Counted from the stretch's first letter, positions 1 to 10,624 are shown. The stretch: DNA of 33,412 bases from Octopus bimaculoides (GCF_001194135.2 NC_068993.1:19348852-19382263), one strand, 5' to 3'. Made by a program: numbers and translations. Notes: generated by a model from the letters alone, not told the origin.

Positions 1-655
1 TTTGTATATGGCTGAAATTTACTGAAAAACAAAAGACGAAGACAGGTGTATAAACAACAAATAGGTGTACTAGTTTAACGCTCGGGAAGGTGAAAGAGTA
101 TTTTACGTTTCGAGCCTATCCATTTCAAACAAAGAAACACGATGAAATAAACAGAAACGGAATAAAAAAACTTTGGGAACTATCGGTCAATCATGGTGGC
201 TGGCTGGCCAAAGGCAATTAGACAGGAGAGCTAGGAAGAAGGGGAGATAATAAAGTATTGTGATCCCAAAACGAAGGTGCTCGTGCGTGTGCATGTGAGA
301 GTGTGCCCCTGCGTGTGGATAGGGGCTGGTGACTTTGACGTGTAGATGTGTGCGCATGTAAGCGAGTGGTTTGTAATGTGTGGTTGTGTGGATGATGGTG
401 TGGGTGCTAGGAAATGCTCAGTGCTAGTGTGTGCGGGGTGGCGTGATGTGGTATGGTGTGGTATGATGTGGTGTGGTGGTGTATAGTGTGGTGTGGGGAT
501 GCGAATCTGGGGTGGGGATGTGAGAGTGGAGTGTGAGGTATATGCGAGTGGGATGTGTAGGGGTGCGGAGAAAGTGGGTAGGAGGGAAGAGAGGAGTCAG
601 ATAAAGAGGGGGAGTTGAGCCCATGTGGCGCAATTGTTTTGGTTTAGGAAAAATC
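1..655 (-). mobile_element. Penelope-like element remnant: terminal repeat (about 1-145) plus GT-rich body
   Basis: Bases 25-120 align to the reverse complement of 4081-4200 (GACAGGTG...TAGTTTAACGCTCGGGAA...TTTTACGTTTCGAGC). The adjacent body is strongly G/T-skewed, like the body at 4440-4660. Confidence 0.55.
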
Positions 656-660
656 ACTAA

Positions 661-1176
661 GGGGTCTTACTAACCTCCTAATAAGCTGAAATTTTAGGAA
701 TATTACTTCATTTGTCTCTAATATTTATGGTTAAAATTTCATCAACAGCAAAATTATATGAATTTTCATGGGGCTTATAGCTTCATTGATACCCTCTCAT
801 TTTCAAACATATACTGCATCATATCCGCCCTTATGCAGAGAATATAATTTCCAAATTTCATGAAGATCCATTCAGTACTTTTGACCTTAGTTTCAATCAT
901 AAAAAATGACAAACATTTGGGAGTTAGGCCCCCATAACGGGGTCTTAGAATCCTCATGAGAACCGGAAACTTTGGGAATATCTTGATTTGTATCAATTAC
1001 GTATGGTTGAAATTTCATCAACATAGGAAATTTATGAATTTTTACGGGTGGTTCTGCCCCCTTTAAGACCCCTCAAATTCAAACCAAACATTACATTATA
1101 CCTGCCGTTATACATTGAATCTAATTTCCAAATTTCATAATGATCCCTTCAGCAAATTTGGTCTATGAAAAATGAC
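661..1176. mobile_element. Helentron/DINE-1-like non-autonomous element with two diverged ~278-bp tandem units
   Basis: Units start with GGGGTCTTA at 661 and 939. Both contain TATGGTT(A/G)AAATTTCATCAAC and AATTTCCAAATTTCAT(G/A)A(A/T)GATCC (846-869, 1123-1147) and end in AAAAATGAC. The CCAAATTTCATGAAGATC motif resembles HINE/DINE-1 bodies (recalled, not searched). Confidence 0.5.
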
Positions 1177-1344
1177 TAAAATTTTGTCAACTTTTGTTGT
1201 AGTGTATGGTAGATCCGTTTCTGACTAAGCAACAAAAACAATAGCAATACAACCGCAACATCAACTACAATCATAATAATTTTTTTACTTAACGTAAGTG
1301 TGACGGTTGAGAGGTCAAATAAAGGAAACGTTGAGACTTTAAGT

Positions 1345-1354
1345 NNNNNNNNNN
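1345..1354. other. assembly gap (10 N)
   Basis: Run of N. Confidence 0.99.
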
Positions 1355-2861
1355 AAATTTATATTTCAGCATTTGCAAAAAGATTTCCTGAAGAAAATCC
1401 GTTTATTGGGTAGTGTTCACGGTGAGTTGTTCTCAGCAGCATTATTGGCATGCTGCAACATTGTACAGAGATATAGTTTATCTACTCTTGGAATTGCCAT
1501 TGGGGAAATGCTCGCACACCACTTTCTGGTACTCAGAGTTATGCTGCAGCTTAGTACTCCACTCCTGGTGCGGTATTGTTCAGTCAGCAACGTTACCTCG
1601 GACAATTCTACTCGCCTTCTTGAAGTTATTAAACAAAGAATGTAGTAGAGCAATCCAAGGCACATTCACCGGAGAGCCGACAGCTTATGAGTCATTTACA
1701 TGTGTACAAATATTTCTGTACGTACATTTTTAACGGCTTGTGTTGATGTAGTAATTTTGTAATTTAGATCTTCAATGGACATATATTTTTTTCTTCATAG
1801 AATTTTATGCTTCGCTTTCTTGTGTTTATTCCTTCTTTTATCTGATATCGTGTGGACTTGCTAAATCTGTTATCAGAGATTTCTAATGATTTGTCTCTTA
1901 TCAATTTTATCAGTCTCGGAATCATTTTTAGCTCAAAATTATCTAGTTGGTTATATTGTTCAAGTATTTTGAGATGTCTGAAGACAAGAAAAAAAAAGGG
2001 CGGGGGGTAAAAAAAATGGATATGTAACATATTGATGAAATGATAAAATAGAAAAATGTAATATATATTGATGAATAGATAAGCTAAAAGAATTTTAAAT
2101 ATATAGATTTAAAAATTAGAAATTGCTTAATTACAACTTACCCTAAGCGAAAATTATTTAATCAATTTATTCATCGATACTTCATCATTCTTTGAGAAAA
2201 TGAGCGCCTATGCAATAAGAATCAATTCGAATGTTCTAAATATAAACTGCAAATAATTCATAGTGTATAAAGTCTGGTAAGTAGTAAGCATTGTATATCC
2301 TCTGGAGTAGTACCAATTCCATCTAAATTCTTGTTATTTATCGATGTACAGCTAAACGTAGCTTTTGAATTATTGTATCTGATGAATTATCGTCATCGGC
2401 CTCTATATAAGACACGTCTGAATTCTTACTTATAAGGAAATGTTCCTGTCAAACTTATATCTGTAAACAAAATCCCAAAATTAAGATTAGAAGTAAAACT
2501 AATAGGAAACATATATATATATATATATATGTCTGTGTGTGTGTATGTGATTTGGTATCCGTGCGCGTGTATGTGTGTGTTTGTGTGTTTGTGTATGCTA
2601 GTGTGTATGTATATATATGTATATAATAACATAACCATCTTTCATCGCTATACATATTTCAATTCACGATTACATACCCATCACTGTACACATTTCTCCC
2701 CACTATATGTTTCTACTTGTTGAATCATTCATTCATAAACTCCACACACGACATGGACAAAACTTTTTTCTTAAGAAAATATGTATTTAAATAAATTTTA
2801 ATGTCATGTTTAGTGAAAGCAAAACCGGTCGACGAACACAATATATGTATATATATGGGTG

Positions 2862-3078
2862 TGTGTGTTTGTGTGTCTGTGTTTGTCCCCCCAATTTCGC
2901 TTGACAACCGATGCTGGTGTGTTTACGTCCCCGTAACTTAACGGTACGGCAAAAAGAGACCGATAGAATAAGTACTAGGCTTACAAAGAATAAGTCCTGT
3001 GGTCGATTTGCTCGACTAAAGGCGGTGCACCAGCATGGCCGCAATCAAAATAGCTGAAACAAGTAAAAGAGTAAAAGA

Positions 3079-3079
<1 letters not shown>
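2862..3079 (+). mobile_element. SINE family A, 5'-truncated copy (3' half)
   Basis: High identity to 6395-6608 (GTTTGTCCCCCCAA...GATAGAATAAGTACTAGG...CAGCATGG...GAAACAAGTAAAAGAGTAAAAGAG), followed by (TA)n. Confidence 0.92.
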
Positions 3080-3116
<37 letters not shown>

Positions 3117-3932
3117 NNNNNNNNNNNNNNNNNNNNNNNNNNNNNNNNNNNNNNNNNNNNNNNNNNNNNNNNNNNNNNNNNNNNNNNNNNNNNNNNNNNN
3201 NNNNNNNNNNNNNNNNNNNNNNNNNNNNNNNNNNNNNNNNNNNNNNNNNNNNNNNNNNNNNNNNNNNNNNNNNNNNNNNNNNNNNNNNNNNNNNNNNNNN
3301 NNNNNNNNNNNNNNNNNNNNNNNNNNNNNNNNNNNNNNNNNNNNNNNNNNNNNNNNNNNNNNNNNNNNNNNNNNNNNNNNNNNNNNNNNNNNNNNNNNNN
3401 NNNNNNNNNNNNNNNNNNNNNNNNNNNNNNNNNNNNNNNNNNNNNNNNNNNNNNNNNNNNNNNNNNNNNNNNNNNNNNNNNNNNNNNNNNNNNNNNNNNN
3501 NNNNNNNNNNNNNNNNNNNNNNNNNNNNNNNNNNNNNNNNNNNNNNNNNNNNNNNNNNNNNNNNNNNNNNNNNNNNNNNNNNNNNNNNNNNNNNNNNNNN
3601 NNNNNNNNNNNNNNNNNNNNNNNNNNNNNNNNNNNNNNNNNNNNNNNNNNNNNNNNNNNNNNNNNNNNNNNNNNNNNNNNNNNNNNNNNNNNNNNNNNNN
3701 NNNNNNNNNNNNNNNNNNNNNNNNNNNNNNNNNNNNNNNNNNNNNNNNNNNNNNNNNNNNNNNNNNNNNNNNNNNNNNNNNNNNNNNNNNNNNNNNNNNN
3801 NNNNNNNNNNNNNNNNNNNNNNNNNNNNNNNNNNNNNNNNNNNNNNNNNNNNNNNNNNNNNNNNNNNNNNNNNNNNNNNNNNNNNNNNNNNNNNNNNNNN
3901 NNNNNNNNNNNNNNNNNNNNNNNNNNNNNNNN
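3117..3932. other. assembly gap preceded by (TA)n
   Basis: Run of N; (TA)n at 3080-3116. Confidence 0.99.
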
Positions 3933-4071
3933 ATCTCCACCTTTTCTTAGCTCTCCTGAAAAAAGAATTTCTAACTTCCGGTCAGCCATTGTTATGATCA
4001 GCCATTATTATGATTGACCGTTGACTGGACACTATTCAATTTTTTTTCTCCGTGTTTTTCTCCTTGTCTCC

Positions 4072-4203
4072 GTATTCTTTCTGTTGAAGAGCGTAGCTCG
4101 AAACGTCAAAGACTTTCCGTATTCCCGAGCGTCATACTAATATATCCTTTTGTTATTTACACCACCTGTCCTCGTCTGTTGTTGTTTTTTCGTATATTCT
4201 CCC
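4072..4203 (+). mobile_element. Penelope-like terminal repeat (subfamily 1), ending at a (TA)n tract
   Basis: Homologous to 25-120 (inverted) and 4772-4850. Contains the hammerhead-type GAAGAGC..GCTCGAAACGTC motif typical of PLE terminal repeats. Confidence 0.65.
4076..4112 (+). ncRNA. minimal type I hammerhead ribozyme-like motif with variant core
   Basis: Stem I TCTTT(4076-80)/AAAGA(4108-12); core CTGTTGA(4081-87) plus A; stem II GAGC-GTA-GCTC; GAAA(4100-03); palindromic ACGT stem III; GUC cleavage triplet at 4105-07. Confidence 0.6.
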
Positions 4204-4289
4204 ATATATATATATATATATATACATACATATACATATACATATATAGTGAATCCAAACAAAGAACGAAGAAGAAAAAGCAATAACGG

Positions 4290-4660
4290 GAGGACGTGTT
4301 ACAAGTAATGCTTTATCAGACGCTCAGGAAAGGAAACAAAGAGGATTTAACGTCTCGAGCAAAGCGCTCTTCTTCAGAAATAGAGGAAAGTCCACAGGAA
4401 GAAAATCGCCAACGATACATACATGGTTACATTTTGAAATGACCGGAAGGGAAAGGGTGAATAAAAAGTTCTAAGACAGGAGTGTGTAAGAGAAAGAGAT
4501 ATGTGTGTGTATGTGTGGGTACGTGCGTGCGACCAGGTCTGTGTGTGTGTATGTAATAATAGAACATGTATGTGCGCGTGTGTGTGTGTGTGGTTTCGGC
4601 TTTTTATATGTCTATGTGTGTGAGTGGACTTTGTGTCGCTCAATGTCGTAGGAAAAATTT
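4290..4660 (-). mobile_element. Penelope-like remnant (subfamily 2 terminal repeat plus GT-rich body)
   Basis: 4304-4412 aligns with 30691-30825. The minus strand carries a hammerhead-like fold at 4345-4381. Confidence 0.55.
4345..4381 (-). ncRNA. hammerhead-like motif (canonical CUGAAGA, GAAA mutated to GAGA)
   Basis: Minus strand reads ATTT-CTGAAGA-A-GAGC-GCTTT-GCTC-GAGA-CGT-T-AAAT; stem I is ATTT/AAAT. Confidence 0.45.
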
Positions 4661-4771
4661 ATAGTAAGAAATGATGGTCGGAGTGGCTTGAACCTTTAGT
4701 CTGTGTATATTTTTTCCTCTCTACGTTTTATTTTTTTTTTCATTCTCACTTTGTTTGTTTTTTCCTCTTAA

Positions 4772-4850
4772 TCCTTTGTATCGAAGGGCGTATGATCAAA
4801 ACGTAAAAAACTTTGTCATCCTTTTCAAACGTTAAACTAACACACCTAGT
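4772..4850 (+). mobile_element. degenerate Penelope-like terminal repeat (subfamily 1)
   Basis: TTTGTATCGAAGGGCGTATGATCAAAACGTAAAAAACTTT...CGTTAAACTAACACACCT aligns to 4078-4150 and to 61-120 inverted. Confidence 0.55.
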
Positions 4851-4926
4851 TTTTTTTTTTCAAAATCTTTTATTTAATACGCAAAGCAAACAATTCAAAT
4901 GTAATCGATAGGTAGGACTACATACT

Positions 4927-5589
4927 TTAGTGTTTAGTTGACATTCCCTTACCAGTTTTTAATTCAGCAACTCTTTTTNNNNNNNNNNCGCAACAATCGA
5001 AACAATTCATCTTTAGATTTAGGTTTCTGTCGAGTTTTTCGTATAGCTCTATCTAGTATGCTCCAAAGATTTTCCATTGGGTTCATGTCAGGAGATTGGT
5101 TCGGCCAAGGAAGCTTTTTGATCCCATTTTCAGTCAGACATTGTTGATTCCTTTTCGCTGTGTGGCATGGAGCCCCATCATCCATGAATAAAAACTCACT
5201 TTTCTTTATGTTATCGTGTGAATACATCGGAAATAGTCCTTGCTTAAGTATTTCGATGTATTTTTCAGATTTTATGGTTCCAACACATTCGATCAGCTAA
5301 GAACAACCATTGCTGGTGACAGCTCCACATACCGTTATGGAGATACCGCCATGTTTTACAGTTGGTTGGAGTCGTTTCAAATCAAATTTTTGATTGGGAA
5401 GCCTCCTGACCCAAACACATCCACTGTCTGAAAATAATGCAAATCTGGATTCATCCGAGAATATCACTCTATCCCAAAATGAACTGGATTTTTCTGACAT
5501 AACTTTAGCCCATTTCTTTCATGATATTAATTGGTTGAAGGAGAGGTTCTCTTCTAGCTGCTCGTCCATAATACCCAAGCTCATGTAGA

Positions 5590-5590
<1 letters not shown>
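4927..5590 (-). pseudogene. Tc1-family DD34E transposase fragment (frameshifted, 5'-truncated)
   Basis: Minus-strand peptides FWDRVIFSDESRF, TVKHGG, FMDDGAPCH-(34 aa between D and E)-WPNQSPDMNPMENLW, and C-terminal KRVAELKTGKGMSTKH* with the stop at 4927-4929. Bounded by (CA)n at 5595. Confidence 0.93.
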
Positions 5591-5594
<4 letters not shown>

Positions 5595-5631
<37 letters not shown>

Positions 5632-5640
5632 CGCACATAC
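5595..5640. repeat. (CA)n microsatellite
   Basis: Direct sequence. Confidence 0.95.
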
Positions 5641-6193
5641 ATCTTAGTTATAGTGTTCTATGCGAAATATCTGGTCATGTGAATGATAGGTGAGATATAA
5701 TGCAATAATCTCAATTTACACTCCGACGGAAGTTTCAAAGGCAAAATAAAATAAACGTAGATAATTTTATGCATTTTCCAGAAGTTTCATTGGTTCATTG
5801 GTATCAACCATAGCAATTGTATTTAAGTGAAAAGTTAAATCGGTTCGCTTATCACTTCTTTTCAGTTCGTGAATCACATTAGGCTATCATAATTACTAGA
5901 GTTTAAACAAATGCTCGAAATATACTATTTCAGAAATGTTTCTAGATTTCTTTAGTATAGCCATCATAAAATTGCAAGATATATGTCAAGTTCGAATATA
6001 TTTTATGAACTTCGCTTTTAACAGACATCTTCCTCTAGCAGAATATATTTCATTACGCTCAAACAAGAAATTTATTTCCAGGCCTCCGTTTTCGAGTACG
6101 GCTGAATATATTGAGTTATAACTTAATGGTTACATGGCATGAACTTAAATAAAAACTTTATGTATATATAATTTATGTACAATATAATTTATA

Positions 6194-6608
6194 GGCGCAG
6201 GAGTGCCTATGTGATAAGTAGTTTGCTTACCAACCACATGGTTCCGGGTTTATTCCCACTGTGTGGCACCTTGGGTAAGTGTCTTCTACTATAGCCTCGG
6301 GCTGACCAAAGCCTTGTGAGTGGATTTGGTAGACGGAAACTGAAAGAAGCCTGTCGTATATATGTATATATATATATGTATATGTGTGTATATGTTTGTG
6401 TGTCTGTGTTTGTCCCCCCAACATCGCTTGACAACCGATGTTAGTGTGTTTAGGTCCCTGTAACTAAGCGGTTCGGCAAAAAAGGCCGATAGAATAAGTA
6501 CTAGGCATCCAAAGAATAAGCCCTGGGGGCGATTTGCTCGACTAAAGGTGGTGCTCCAGCATGGCAGCAGTCAAATGACTGAAACAAGTAAAAGAGTAAA
6601 AAAGTAAA
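6194..6608 (+). mobile_element. SINE family A, full length (tRNA-derived head, CORE-like segment, internal TA/TG microsatellite, GTAAAAGA tail)
   Basis: Head GGCGCAGGAGT.. with degenerate A box and B box (GGTTCCGGGTTTATTCCC), GGCACCTTGGGTAAGTGTCTT CORE-like segment and repeated GTAAAA(G/A)A tail. Homologous copies at 2862, 7316 and 33168. Confidence 0.93.
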
Positions 6609-6819
6609 ATAGTACATATAATTATGCATTTATTATTTATGTACAAATAATTGTGCATATATAATTTATATACACGTATACATGTCTGCCTATCTATCTA
6701 TCTATCTATCTATCAATTATTATCCATTAACTGTCACTCCACTTAACACACACAGACACACACGCATGCATATATATATATACATATATATGAAACAAGT
6801 AAAACAGTAAAAGAGAGTA

Positions 6820-6851
<32 letters not shown>

Positions 6852-6908
6852 ATTGAATATGAAGTTTTGCAATTAATATATTATATTAATGCTACATTTC
6901 CGTTTTCT

Positions 6909-7132
6909 GAGCTGGCAGAAACGTTAGCACGCCGGGCGAAATGCTTAGCGGTATTTCGTCTGCTGTTACGTTCCGAGTTCAAATTCTGCCGAGGTCGACT
7001 TTGCCTTTCATCCTTTCGGGGTCGATTAAATAAGTACCAGTTGCGCACTGGGGTCGATGGAATCGACTTAATCCCTTTGTCTGTCCTTGTTTGTCCCCTC
7101 TATGTTTAGCCCCTGTGGGCAGTAAAGAAATA
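6909..7132 (+). mobile_element. SINE family B (GAGCTGGCAGAAACGTTAGC head, Meta-like GCCTTTCATCCTTTCGGGGTCGAT domain)
   Basis: Six further copies in the window. GAGTTCAAATTC is B-box-like. The central domain name is recalled from MetaSINE-type elements. Confidence 0.9.
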
Positions 7133-7315
7133 TATATATATAGCATAACCGCAGCAGCATGGCTGAAACGAGTAAAAGTGTAAAAGAGTATATGCTTATA
7201 TATATATAAACACATATATTCATGCATACATACATACACACATATATACACACACACACACACACATATATGGATAAAGGATATTTAAAAAATAAATATC
7301 TATCCTTATATATAT

Positions 7316-7682
7316 ACTCTTTTACTCATCTCCACTGCGGCCATGCTGGTGCACCGCCTTTACTCGAATAAATTGACACAAGGACTTATTCTTTGTAAAC
7401 CCGATATATACTATATGGGGCTCTTTGGCCGAACTTCTAAGTTTTGGGGACATAAACACTCCAACATCGGTTGCTGAGGTGACAAACACAAACGTAAAGA
7501 CACAGACACAGAAATATGTATACATATATACGACGGGTTCCTTTCTGTTTCCGTCTACCAAATCCACTCACAAGACTTTGGTCGTCCCGAGGCTATAGTA
7601 GAAGACACTTGCACAAAGTGCCACGCAGTGGGACTGAACCCAGAACCATGTGGTTGGGAAGCAAGCTTCTTACTACAACACC
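7316..7682 (-). mobile_element. SINE family A, near full-length inverted copy
   Basis: Reverse complement aligns to 6205-6590 (CCGTCTACCAAATCCACTCACAAG, GAGGCTATAGTAGAAGACACTT, AACCATGTGGTTGG). Confidence 0.92.
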
Positions 7683-7811
7683 TCACTTTTCGCCTATTTT
7701 TTAAATATCCATCATGGAATAGTTTACAAGTATTATGTAAAATGTAATTTTAGATATTCATGCAAATATATATATAAATAGAGAGAGAGAGAGTGTGTAA
7801 GAGCTACTCAC

Positions 7812-7849
7812 CTGATGACTTTCAGGTACAGAGGTGCCGCTAGGACATA
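7812..7849 (-). CDS. candidate micro-exon (unverified)
   Basis: Consensus CAG|GTGAGT donor on the minus strand (plus-strand ACTCAC at 7806-11); GC-richer island; open frame YVLAAPLYLKVI; weak acceptor. Confidence 0.15.
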
Positions 7850-8177
7850 CTTATATAATGTTAATATAATAATATGATATGGAAAATTCAGCAACTAACA
7901 ACTGCTACTAATCCACAGAAACAATCGTGGTAATTTGTGATTAAAGCTTGTTCATTCCATCTTCTTGTTTTCTCAATGTATAAGTACAAATATATGTGTG
8001 TGTGTGCGTGTGTGTGTGTGGGTGTATATACATAGACATATAATTCATATATGTATATTTATATACATAGACAGAGAAAATGTTGGAAGACTGATTTAAG
8101 AAGCAATCTAGATTAAAAACTAAACTATTTCTATGCTCCCATAAGTAATGCGATTCTCTTTAGGCAAATATACTTTT

Positions 8178-8383
8178 CTACTGTAGGCACAAGGCCTGAA
8201 AATTCTGGGGTGGGTCAGCCGATTGCATCGACTCCAATACACAACTGGCACTCAAGTTATCAACCGCGAAAGGTTGAAAGGCAAAGTCAACCTCGGCAGA
8301 ATTGGAACTCAGAATGTAAAGACAGACGAAATACTGCTAATCATTTCGCCCGGCGTGCCAACGCTTCTGCTACATCGCCGTCT
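8178..8383 (-). mobile_element. SINE family B, inverted copy
   Basis: GAAAGGCAAAGTCAACCTCGGCAGAATTGGAACTCAGAA...ATTTCGCCCGGCGTGCCAACG is the reverse complement of the 6909 copy head and body. Confidence 0.9.
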
Positions 8384-10213
8384 TTCTTCAAGCAAATATC
8401 ACTAACTTTCAGTAAATAAAATACTTTTTCATTGAGAGAAACCCACACACCATTGATAATATAGGCTTATTGATGCTTTACCTGACATTTGCCTTTATTT
8501 ATACTCGTTATATTCATTTTGTTGGTGCAACTTATAAATAACGAATATTTTTGTTAAATAGAATAAACAAAAAAGCATTATAACTTTCTTGAAATTGACT
8601 TTCAATTTCAAATCTCCATCTTGTATACCTTGTCGAGATATAATTCGTTTTATTTCTTGGAGAATCTCTTTCATTTTCTTATATTATTCTGTAAATTCGT
8701 AAATAAAAATATGCAGTGTATTTGCTATTGTAATTTTCGTTTATAATTCTCACGTGAAGCAAGCCGTTAAAAGGTCAAACGTGTTTCGCACCAACTGAAG
8801 CATGTTGTGTGAATGGATTTCTGTATGTGATTATATGAAATGGAATGGAATTGCAAGGAAATGTACGGTGCTAGACTAATTCAAAGAATCAGACGATATT
8901 TGTAAATAAAATCAAGTTGTTTACTGTTCAGCAAAATCAATACTTTCAAGCACTAAGTAAGCGCAGATACTCGAGTAAATTACAGTAACAGCTTTGAATT
9001 CACTGTTCGTATGTTCAGAAGTACCATTTTCGAACCATTTATCTCTACTTTGATTCGATGTAAGAGAATCTAAGGATACTCAGATTTTAAAATATCCAAG
9101 AGCTTCTTTAAAATGTCTTCCCTATAGATGTATGTTCTGTTATAGTTCAAGTCAAAAGATTTTAAGCTGCCTGTCTAGTAATCTTATATATTTCCATTTC
9201 TGGTTGCATAACAGAAAACTATTAGTCAATATTGAACGAGCAGAGACAGAAATATATTAAATATCCCGATATTGCTTAATGTATAGCAGGAATTGCATCA
9301 CTGAAGCCTTAAATCCTTAAAGCAACTCGGCGGTTTCCATTTTATCATTTCGAAAGACTATATGAATGCCGAAATAACTACATGTTAAGAGGAAATAGTA
9401 TGGGCGTATGCGAATAATTTTGTGAAAGAGCTGTTCTTAGATCCGCATGCCCAACAAACCACGGTTTCGGTTCTCTTTGCCCTACTTAAGAAGCTGTCGG
9501 GGGTTATGCACTGTTGTATTCTGATGATCTTGGATAGGTACGATCGAACTTATTTCTCTCTTTTAAAGTAATTGTATCTTTAACGGTCTCTTTCTGTCTG
9601 TTTGCCTATCAGTCTCTCTCTCTCTTTTTTTCTGTCTTTCTCTCTCTGTCTCTATCTCCACCTGTCTGTTTCTCTCTCCCTCTCGCACCCCTTTATTCTA
9701 TCTCGTAGACAAAATTTAAGAGACGTGTACTGTTTTTTTTAGTAGTGCATTCAGTCAAGGAACGCAAGCCATTTTCTCTCAGTTGTTTGAATAGTTTGAA
9801 TACTTTCTCTATGAGAGCAGTTTTTGTATAACAAATAGAATCCTGCAGCTTGTTAAATAACCCTTTAGTTATTCTTAAGTATTCGTGGTTCAGTGAAATT
9901 TGGATGCATTCTTTGTAATGTTTTTCAACCTCACTTCTTTAATAGCCTGGAGTTGCAGAGAAAGCCAAGTTGTTTGGTGAATATTTATAGGAATTAACCC
10001 ATTTTAACCCAGGTTTTTAATTTTTTGATTTATGTCAAAATTTTGAAGATAGTTATATAAATAGGTATAACAAATATATTGAAGTGTCCAGTTAACCTTT
10101 ATTACAGTAAATAAACCACATACAGCGTGTCCTAAAATAAGGACACTGGGTTAATATAATACCAATAGCTAGTTAATGAAAGAGGATTACTAACAGCAAA
10201 AACAAAGTTCATC

Positions 10214-10624
10214 TATTGGGTTGGTAATTAAGTTCCCGCCGTTTTTTTTTAATGAGTTCTGCATGCTTTAAGTGACAACAAAAATCAACGAGCCACAATC
10301 TCCGCTGGTTTGCTTGCTCGTCACTGCTCAACTCATTGACACAAGCAACGATTTCTTTACAGAATCGTTATTGGCGACGAAAAATGGTGCCTGTACATCA
10401 ATATGAAGCAGCGTAAGGAATGGCTTAACCCCGGTAAACAAGCGGCACCGTGCGTGAAACAAGATCTTCATCCACGTAAAACGATGTTTTGTGTACGGTG
10501 GGAGTGGGAAGGGATTATCCATTACGAATTGCTTGAACGGAACCAAACGGTCAAGGCCGAACTTTATGTTCAACAGATGGAACGACTCAACAGGGCTATT
10601 CAAGAGAATAGACCAAATCATTAG
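10214..10624 (+). mobile_element. internally deleted mariner element: left TIR plus transposase fragment
   Basis: TATTGGGTTGGTAATTAAGT mariner-type TIR at 10214. From 10262 the frame reads HALSDNKNQRATISAGLLARH..*..RFLYRIVIGDEKWCLY..KQRKEW..LHPRKTMFCVRWEWEGIIHYELL..YVQQMERL..ENRP. Confidence 0.9.

Noticed and set aside
1370-1745. Overlapping 82-106 aa ORFs and a possible 52-bp exon (1370-1421)
   Set aside because: No recognisable motif in any frame, and splice-like sites alone are insufficient.
2981-3997. Long ORFs of 314-320 aa
   Set aside because: They consist of N-gap (X) and (TA)n translation.
6194-6270. tRNA-like A and B boxes (also at 26942 and 28690)
   Set aside because: These are SINE heads continuous with SINE bodies, and I could not build a full cloverleaf.
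9441-9537. Possible 97-bp plus-strand exon (PHAQQTTVSVLF...)
   Set aside because: Weak donor (GTACGA), short pyrimidine tract and no recognisable peptide.
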